Source of the DNA: Parabacteroides sp.
Lineage (GTDB): Bacteria; Bacteroidota; Bacteroidia; Bacteroidales; Tannerellaceae
Length of the DNA stretch: 64,000 nucleotides
Reading direction: 5' to 3'
Assembly (NCBI GenBank): GCA_017560165.1
Contig: JAFYOM010000014.1
Coordinates: forward strand, 74,071-138,070
Position numbers and translations under genes: made by a program. Shown piece after piece: positions 9,213-17,100 of the stretch (the stretch's first letter is position 1; every line of letters starts with the position of its first letter). The notes beneath the pieces were generated by a model. It saw nothing but the letters and a program-made list of their open reading frames with translations. It was not told the DNA's origin and ran no database searches.

Positions 9213-9735
9213 GATTGGAGTACTTGATATGAATAAACGACAAATGAAAAAGTTCGTTAAAAGAAGACAATTCCGTCTGAAAAAGAACACACGGTTTAAT
9301 TGGGATCTACCGACCGATCTCAAGGTATTCAGTACTGAGCCACAGATAATTGTCAAAGATTATAATATAAAACATCATTACAGATATTCAATCAAATTAA
9401 TTACATTAACAAATTGGATGATACGTGTTAACAAGCAATTTGATATGAAAAGAAAAATGAAGAAAGAATTTATGTTTGATAAAAACATAAATAAAATCAA
9501 AGGTGGAGAACATATTGAATATCCATCATCAATGATAATTAATCTCTCGGATCATACTGCGGTTGTGAGAGGACATTGTTTAACCAATGAAGAATCATCA
9601 CTGGTTAACATTCAAGATCCAGTCGATGGTAATGTGTATTTGGAAACTGTACACAACAGAAAATATGAAGGGGCTTTCGTAGCCCCTGAATCTTTGTTTA
9701 AAGATAAAACATGCACAATGAGAAAGGATGTTTAA
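9169..9735 (+). CDS. hypothetical protein
   Basis: Likely start ATG 9229 (MNKRQMKKF), GGAG RBS. Confidence 0.65.
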   Translation: MSKNWTCQKDMHWFEIGVLDMNKRQMKKFVKRRQFRLKKNTRFNWDLPTDLKVFSTEPQIIVKDYNIKHHYRYSIKLITLTNWMIRVNKQFDMKRKMKKEFMFDKNINKIKGGEHIEYPSSMIINLSDHTAVVRGHCLTNEESSLVNIQDPVDGNVYLETVHNRKYEGAFVAPESLFKDKTCTMRKDV

Positions 9736-10670
9736 AAATGAAAGAATTAGATTTTACAAATCTGAATAATATTATTGATCAATGGATTGATGAACTGGCT
9801 AAAAATAAAAAAGCCAATAATACAGTGACCGAATCAACAGATAAAATATATGAAGTGTCTGGGGTATTCGGTAAAGACAAATGGAACAAAGTTAAAGCAA
9901 AAGTCGGATATGTTGTTAAGGACAAATATTATCCGGATGATAAAAGACTTGTTCATATATTTCAATTCGATTATGACAACATTTCATTCATTATCGAAGA
10001 TGGTGAAAAGATATATCGAAACAAACATCAAAAACATTCGTTTGGTGTTGCTTGGGAAGATATGGATGTATTGGCCGAAAGAATTTCACAAAAATTGGAT
10101 CTTGAATATGAGAAACCGATTAAATCACATATAATCACAGACTATATATCAGTCACAACAAAAACACAAGAAGCCACATTACACCAAATCACAAATTTTA
10201 TGGTCGATAAAATCCTTGATAGTAAATACATCATATTTCAATCAAATTTTGGATTCATGGGTGATGATGTTCCATTTACATTGATATGCAAAAGATGTGA
10301 TATAGATAAATCGTTAATACGATTTGAAATTTCCGGAAATTCACAAGATTGGGCATCGTTCAATATTGAAGATTTACAATCCGGAACACTTCTTCACGAA
10401 TGGAAACATGAAACATTATTTGAAGAGAAATATCCTGAATTGAAATATATGGATGCTCGCGAGATGGTCGAAAGTGAATACTATCGGGGTTCAATATATT
10501 CATTTATAAATAATTCAGTATCGACATTATCAAATAACGCACATGATGAATTATTAAGAACGGGATTATATTATAAAATATATACTGCTCTTTATGATGA
10601 ATATGCTACCTGTGATGATACAATTGGTGGTTGTGGTATTGTTGCTGTGATATATAATGAAGAGGTGTAA
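9711..10670 (+). CDS. hypothetical protein
   Basis: Likely start ATG 9738 after GAAAGGATG. Confidence 0.7.
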   Translation: MHNEKGCLKMKELDFTNLNNIIDQWIDELAKNKKANNTVTESTDKIYEVSGVFGKDKWNKVKAKVGYVVKDKYYPDDKRLVHIFQFDYDNISFIIEDGEKIYRNKHQKHSFGVAWEDMDVLAERISQKLDLEYEKPIKSHIITDYISVTTKTQEATLHQITNFMVDKILDSKYIIFQSNFGFMGDDVPFTLICKRCDIDKSLIRFEISGNSQDWASFNIEDLQSGTLLHEWKHETLFEEKYPELKYMDAREMVESEYYRGSIYSFINNSVSTLSNNAHDELLRTGLYYKIYTALYDEYATCDDTIGGCGIVAVIYNEEV

Positions 10671-10673
10671 TAA

Positions 10674-11636
10674 ATGAATAATACAAACGATAATAATGTG
10701 ATCTCACCCTTATTATCAAGCAGATTCTTCTGTGAAAGATTTTATGGAATGGAGATATTCTGTCCAATTAGTAAGGATAGTAATTTGTTTCAACGTGTTG
10801 AAATAATTGACCACGCACATTTTCAGATAGGTGATAAAATTCTTGAATATGGTGATTCCATGGATGATAAATATTTGCTCAAAAATCTCGAACGATTTAC
10901 TTCTGAAAATTCAATATTTAATCCGGAATACTATATTGAGGGTGAAAGATATATGAATTGGTACTTGGGTTGTGTGACTAAACTGAAAAAGTTCACACCC
11001 ACTGAACTAACTTTCGACAATAGTTATTCCTCAGACATTTATGAGTTATACAAGAAAGAGAGAACACGTTCCGGATATACTTCGGAGTTTGTCAGTATAT
11101 GGTTAAGACTTGGAAAGAACCGAATCGATGATATCGTGTCAGATAAACAGGTTATCTCCAAAGACAAATTGACCGAAACATATGACGATAATATACCATC
11201 AATTATTATACATGATTTGGAAGAAGGTACTATAGTCAGACCACGAGATATTAGTCCTGATAGAACCAAGTTGGATATTAACTACACATGGACGGATATT
11301 CATGCTGATAGATACAAATATTACCAAATTAAGAAGACTAAATCTAAAGTACACCTCAAAGCAATCAACATAGATGATCTTAAGAGTGACTATAAGAAAT
11401 CTTTTGATTTTAATGGTATTGGTGAGAAAGATCTATTGGTAATCAAAACTTTCAACGATGACAAATACTTTGTTTCTAACGACCGAGATGCTGAAAAAAT
11501 ATCTGCTAAAAATGAAGATGGAAAATATAGAATCATTTCGGCAGATGAAGTTTCCGCTATTTATGTCGTAGATATGCCTAATATGGATGATTTGATTCAA
11601 ACGGCACGAATAATACAAATTACACATGACTGTTAA
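10674..11636 (+). CDS. hypothetical protein
   Basis: 320 aa, GAGGTG RBS. Confidence 0.7.
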   Translation: MNNTNDNNVISPLLSSRFFCERFYGMEIFCPISKDSNLFQRVEIIDHAHFQIGDKILEYGDSMDDKYLLKNLERFTSENSIFNPEYYIEGERYMNWYLGCVTKLKKFTPTELTFDNSYSSDIYELYKKERTRSGYTSEFVSIWLRLGKNRIDDIVSDKQVISKDKLTETYDDNIPSIIIHDLEEGTIVRPRDISPDRTKLDINYTWTDIHADRYKYYQIKKTKSKVHLKAINIDDLKSDYKKSFDFNGIGEKDLLVIKTFNDDKYFVSNDRDAEKISAKNEDGKYRIISADEVSAIYVVDMPNMDDLIQTARIIQITHDC

Positions 11637-11791
11637 ATATAATTTCAAACAGTCAAAAAGAATAAAGATATGACGCCCCATATGGGGCGTCTCATTAAAT
11701 GTTAATATTTGAAATTGCAATAGTCCGAGATATTTGTACATTTCATCTATTATAAATACCAATATCAAAATAAGAAAGTAGGTAGATTAAA

Positions 11792-12046
11792 ATGTTAAAA
11801 GATTATTTACACAAAATGGACATCGTTTTACTAATACTAATGGTTGCCGGATTAGTGTACGTGGTGAATTGTATGATTGAGATTTTCAATCATAGAAAAC
11901 GTATGAAAACAGTTCTCCCACATACTAAGAGCATGATTATTCTCAGTATCAATAGAGAATTATATGCTATGTTCGAAGCATTAACACCCATGATATTTGC
12001 AATTGTAATAAAATTGATATCATGGGGGTGGGTCGATAAATTATAA
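11792..12046 (+). CDS. small membrane protein
   Basis: Two hydrophobic segments. Confidence 0.55.
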   Translation: MLKDYLHKMDIVLLILMVAGLVYVVNCMIEIFNHRKRMKTVLPHTKSMIILSINRELYAMFEALTPMIFAIVIKLISWGWVDKL

Positions 12047-12066
12047 GATAATAATATAATGAAAGG

Positions 12067-12555
12067 ATGTTTAAAATGAATAATGACAATAATAACAATG
12101 TTGTTATGTGTGGAGAGATTGATCTTATCGATAAAAGAGTTAATAAATTATTGGATGAGATTCGTGAGAAATATTCCGATAACGAAGAAGAAATGAGATT
12201 CAAAATTCATGACCTTGTGACAATAAACGTAGTATTTGCCGGCATATGTAACGATATGTCAAAGAATTTCGATTATTCATCAGAATGGTTAATGTTCATG
12301 GCAAACAAAACCAATCTTCCAACATTCAGAAAACATTTTCAACATGGGATGGATGAAGATTCAGTGATGGTTGTATATAGCCCAGATGACTGTATGATTG
12401 TCATGGGAATAGAACAAACATCATTATTTATCATCGGTATGGACGAAGGAGAAATCTCCGTCACATATCTCAAGAACAATATCGAAAACAAATCATTGTA
12501 TGATGAAGCATTTAAAATAATTGCCGATTCGATTCACGATGTAATGTTTTTATAA
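12067..12555 (+). CDS. hypothetical acidic protein
   Basis: 162 aa, followed by a terminator; does not look like Avd. Confidence 0.65.
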   Translation: MFKMNNDNNNNVVMCGEIDLIDKRVNKLLDEIREKYSDNEEEMRFKIHDLVTINVVFAGICNDMSKNFDYSSEWLMFMANKTNLPTFRKHFQHGMDEDSVMVVYSPDDCMIVMGIEQTSLFIIGMDEGEISVTYLKNNIENKSLYDEAFKIIADSIHDVMFL

Positions 12556-12557
12556 TT

Positions 12558-12596
12558 ATAAATGGGGCATATGCCCCATTTATTTTTTTATTTTTC
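12558..12596 (+). terminator. intrinsic terminator upstream of the DGR TR
   Basis: AAATGGGGCAT-ATGCCCCATTT followed by T tracts. Confidence 0.7.
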
Positions 12597-12757
12597 TGGT
12601 TTATATACAGAGAGTATTTTAACCTTTGATCAAATTTGAATATTATTTGATATCGTATCACATCATCATATAATTACATTTTTAATAATCGAGTCGGAAA
12701 GTATACAAACCGTTCATATCCGCAGGTTATCAGAATGAATGATATTCAATAAAAAAG

Positions 12758-12888
12758 AATGTCAATTCGAATACAGAGTGACACGTTACTCAATTGGGCA
12801 GTCACTGGACTAATAGATCTAATGCAGGTACATTCTATTGGAATTGTAATAATACTTCGTCGAATGCGAATACGAATATCGGCACACA
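12758..12888 (+). ncRNA. DGR template repeat (TR)
   Basis: Intergenic, 140 nt upstream of the RT; 131-nt ungapped match to VR1 with 23 mismatches, all at TR adenines; AAT-rich; contains an in-frame TGA so it is non-coding. Confidence 0.95.
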
Positions 12889-13028
12889 CTTATGTTACCA
12901 ACGTGATTTCTAATAACCGGGTTAATAACCAAACACATGACACAAAATATGCGGCGTTAGTAAGATTCATAACCGAATGATGAAAACTCTGTAATATTAA
13001 CATAAGATCGAAATGAGGAAAATATATT

Positions 13029-14105
13029 ATGAAAAGAATATTATATGACCCGGCATTGCCGGGAAACACGTTATACACATCAATATCAGACATGCGTAAT
13101 CTTGAATTGGCACATATAAATGCATCACGCGGAAAAGGTTGGTATCCTGAAGTAATAAGAGTTAATAAAAATCCTCAGGAACATTTCAGAGAAATACAAA
13201 AGATGCTATGGAATAAAACTTATAAAACCGCACGGTATAGAATATTTACGAAGAATGAAAATGGTAAAGTGCGAAATATTTATAGTTTACCATATTATCC
13301 GGATAGAATAGTACAATGGGCAATTATTCAAGTAATTGGACCAATATTAGAAAAACATTTCATTTATGATTGTTATTCATCCATTAAAGGTAAAGGCCCA
13401 TTGTTATGTGCAAATCGCGTATATAAAGCTATGCATTATCATCCAGACGAAACGAAAGCGTGTTTGAAAATCGATATTCATCATTTCTATCCATCAATAA
13501 ATCAATCTATTTTAAAAACACAATATGCCCGTTTGTTCAAAGATAAAGATTTATTGTGGTTAATAAATGGAATAATCGATTCATTACCAGAAAATGATGG
13601 AATCCCAATTGGAAATTATTTATCACAATATTCGGGAAATTTATATTTATCGGGATTTGATCATTTTATAAAAGAAAAAGTTGGTATTAAATATTATTTC
13701 AGGTATATGGATGATATGGTTTTCTTACATGATGATTATCAATTCTTAAAAGAATTATTCGAAAATATTAAATTCTTATTAAAAGAAAAATTGTGTTTGG
13801 ATATAAAACCCAACTACCAGTTATTTTATACGTGTGATAGAGGGATTGATTTCTGTGGTTATGTAATTAACCATGATTACATGAAAATCAGAAGAAGGAC
13901 CCGTGATAAGTATATTAAGAAAAGTAAGAAATATAGATATGAGAAGATGAATAATCATAATCGTAGCTCGTTTTACAGTTACATCGGTTTTCTTAAACAT
14001 GCGAATACGTATAATTTGCAAAATAAATATAGTAAACCAGTAATGAAAAATTGGTTACAAAGATATGGTGAAATTCAAACCCGAAGAAATAATTATCAAA
14101 AATAA
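13029..14105 (+). CDS. DGR reverse transcriptase
   Basis: 358 aa; YYPDRIVQWA, LKIDIHHFYPSI, GIPIGNYLSQ (DGR-type SQ motif), YFRYMDD, GIDFCGY. Confidence 0.95.
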   Translation: MKRILYDPALPGNTLYTSISDMRNLELAHINASRGKGWYPEVIRVNKNPQEHFREIQKMLWNKTYKTARYRIFTKNENGKVRNIYSLPYYPDRIVQWAIIQVIGPILEKHFIYDCYSSIKGKGPLLCANRVYKAMHYHPDETKACLKIDIHHFYPSINQSILKTQYARLFKDKDLLWLINGIIDSLPENDGIPIGNYLSQYSGNLYLSGFDHFIKEKVGIKYYFRYMDDMVFLHDDYQFLKELFENIKFLLKEKLCLDIKPNYQLFYTCDRGIDFCGYVINHDYMKIRRRTRDKYIKKSKKYRYEKMNNHNRSSFYSYIGFLKHANTYNLQNKYSKPVMKNWLQRYGEIQTRRNNYQK

Positions 14106-14118
14106 ACAATAAAAGGTG

Positions 14119-14151
14119 GTAAATTATGGGGGATAATCCCCCATAATTTAC
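14119..14151. promoter_or_regulatory. perfect hairpin downstream of VR1 (DGR cruciform and/or bidirectional terminator)
   Basis: GTAAATTATGGGGGA-TAA-TCCCCCATAATTTAC: 15-bp stem, 3-nt loop, 20 nt past the target stop. Confidence 0.7.
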
Positions 14152-14171
14152 AATTTATAAAATAATTAATA

Positions 14172-17100
14172 TTATACGGCAGATGGTATATACATAAGCC
14201 GCGCGCCGATACCCGCACTCGCATACGACGAAGTATTATTACAATGCCAATAGAACGCACCCGCATTAGATCCATTAGTCCAGCGACCGCCCAATAGAGA
14301 AACGCGCCACCCTGCATTCGAATGGACATAATCACCGATTGGTCCATTTGGATTTGAAGTAGAAGATGATTCCGAAGGTAACATAACCCAGTCGTTGGTA
14401 GAATCATATCCTAACGCGGTAATGTAATTCGTTGTAGGAAGTGAGAAGGAAATCTGAGTATATCCTGTAGATGTATTATCAACGAATGTGTAGTCATCAC
14501 ATATATACGGTACTCTTTCATTGATATTCAATCCATCAATCCAATCGAAGATATTACCCCAGAAGTTTTCAATACCTCTCCAGTTAACAGGAGTTGTTTC
14601 GTTGCTTTGAGTACCAGATGTAATATTACCAGTTGTTTGTCCGGCATATGTTGCTGCAGAAGCATTTGTAACACCCTTACCGACAGCTACTTGTGAATTG
14701 AATCCGTATTCTACAGCAAATAACATTTGTATTGCCATCGTTTGCTTTACAGCAGCTTGATACCATCCGGTACCACGATTTGCAGCCATGGTACGTGCAG
14801 TTGCACGAGTCATTGAATTCGATGGTACATATGTTGAACCTGCAACAGATGACAGTTTAGCAGATGATGTGTTATATGAAGTATTATATATGCCTTCAGA
14901 ATTCTGACCAACTCCATCAAATGCACCATACAAGAAGTAATCCAATTCGGTAACACCATCTGCTGCTAAAAATGCAGGATGTAACTTGTAACTATTATCA
15001 AGTTTTGTATCAGCAATACTCCATCTACCTTTACGGATATTTACTCCATCAAGATCGCCGGTTTGAGATACATCAAGTTTGTAATAGAATTTTGGTATTT
15101 TAACCATTACTTGTCCATTTGATCCATCTTCTGTATATGATACATCACTGTAGTATGCGTTGATAGTTCCATCATCAGCAACATTACAACGATTTATATT
15201 TCTATAAACGTTTAATGCTTCGATACCATCGGTTGATCTTGTTGTTACATTATTAACAAAATCTGTTTCACGAGTAATGCTTGTAACAACTGTAGTCTTA
15301 GCATATACTTCATTACCATTACCAACCGTGATAGGATTTGTTTCTGCTATCCAGTCTTCAATGGTAGCATACCATGTTAAACTGTAACCAGGTATTGACG
15401 ATGGTAACGAATCACCTGAGGCATATGTAGCATAACCGACATATTTATACGACGAAGGATTTGGATAATAGGTAGCCGTCTTATAGGCATTGATTGATTC
15501 TGCGGGAACATATATGATGGTGGATGTTGATACACCTGACCATGCATTTGAGTTCGATACTGTTGGTGGGGTTGTTGGTATGAATTTAATATAATCCATA
15601 CTGTTGCAATTCTGGAAACTATAACTTCCAATTGCAGTAACATTACCGGGGATAATTATTGAAGATAATGAATAACAGCTACTGAAAGTATTATCTCCAA
15701 TTGAAGTAACAGTATTAGGAATAATTATTGAAGATAATGAATAACAGCTACTGAAAGTATTATCTCCAATTGAAGTAACATTGTTAGGAATGTTTATAGA
15801 TGATAAAGAACGACAACTATAGAAAGCATAATCTCCAATTGAAGTAACATTGTTAGGAATGTTTATAGATGATAAAGAACGACAACTATAGAAAGCATAA
15901 TCTCCAATTGAAGTAACAGTATTAGGGATGGTTACGGATAATAAAGAATCACAGTTCATGAAAACATAACTTTGAATCGAAGTAGCAGTATTAGGAATGG
16001 ATATTGATGATAATGTGTAACAGTTATTGAAAGCATATTGTCCAATCGAAGTAACACTATCAGGGATGGATATTGATGATAATGAATAACAGCCATCGAA
16101 AGCATAATCTCCAATTGTAGTAATACCAGTACCAATTTCAATCTTTTGAATTGAATTTAAATATGCTCTGTCAGAAGAGTTGCTGGTGTTGTTACCGTCT
16201 GTAAAAAATGTATTGTATGATGTTGATTGTGATTGGAATATGAAACTACCACTGACAACAGTTATAACAATGACATACGCACCTTTATCAGGATAGCTGT
16301 GTCTTTCACTTTTATAATCAGCACTTGTAGTAGTCCATGTTGAATGTGTTGAATTATCACCCCAATCAATGTCCAATTCAGTATTGGCATTCAGATATAA
16401 CATCATCAGAGGTGATATTCTACCCTCGGAAAGATTTATATAAATTCTCGTCTTACCGTCAGAAGTAGTGTACATCTGACCAATATCAAGTTTACCATAT
16501 GCGGCAACATAAGTCTTAGCATCACTCAAAGACCAGTTCCAACCTTGTGAAGTTAAACCTGTACGAGTTGGATTTGTGGGCATAGCTGAAAGATTAGCAA
16601 AATCGGCTGCTGAATAAGAAGTTGCAACAGTTCCATCGTAATCATAAAAGACTACATCAGCATTACTTCCATCAGCAACATCTACATTCACAGACGAATA
16701 TCCATCGAGATTATCATCAGAAGCATTGTATATTCCGTTTGCTGTAATTGTTTTACTATCGAGAATCGGTATGTTTTCTATATAACGATATTCTATTGTC
16801 GTTTTTGAAGGTGGAAGAGTTGTTGCAACTCGAAACTCATTTAATCCTGCAATAGTTGGTATTCCAGTAGGTGATACGCTGTCTGCATAATCGCCTATCT
16901 TTCTGATAGGTTCATTGACTATGCCGGTGGTTGCTGTGGATCGTACATACCAAACTGTTACAGGTGTTCCGTTGGCGTACTGGTCTGCGAGGTACTGCTT
17001 GAATTTATTTATTGCATCTTGTACATCTGTTCCATAGTCTCGCGGAAGTTCAAACCATAATAAACCGGAACTGCTTGATTCTGTAATCCAAATGTATGGG

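Larger units (their letters stand above)
12758..14330. mobile_element. diversity-generating retroelement core (TR-RT convergent with target VR1)
   Basis: TR, DGR-type RT and VR with adenine-specific mismatches. Confidence 0.93.

Noticed and set aside
12067-12555. Possible avd gene
   Set aside because: Acidic, predicted mixed alpha/beta, and separated from the TR by a terminator.
12759-12980. 73-aa ORF over the TR, and similar ORFs 14096-14407 and 6158-6388
   Set aside because: Alternative-frame readings of TR/VR with no RBS; their mutual similarity only reflects the repeat.
13021-13030. TATATTAT immediately at the RT start
   Set aside because: Overlaps the ATG and lies downstream of the RBS; probably chance in AT-rich DNA.
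13029-14105. RT as group II intron, retron or CRISPR-associated RT
   Set aside because: No maturase/HNH or Cas domain; the SQ motif and the adenine-specific TR/VR pair identify a DGR.
15590-16140. Tandem repeats as a CRISPR array
   Set aside because: In-frame 69-bp coding LRR units with no unique spacers.
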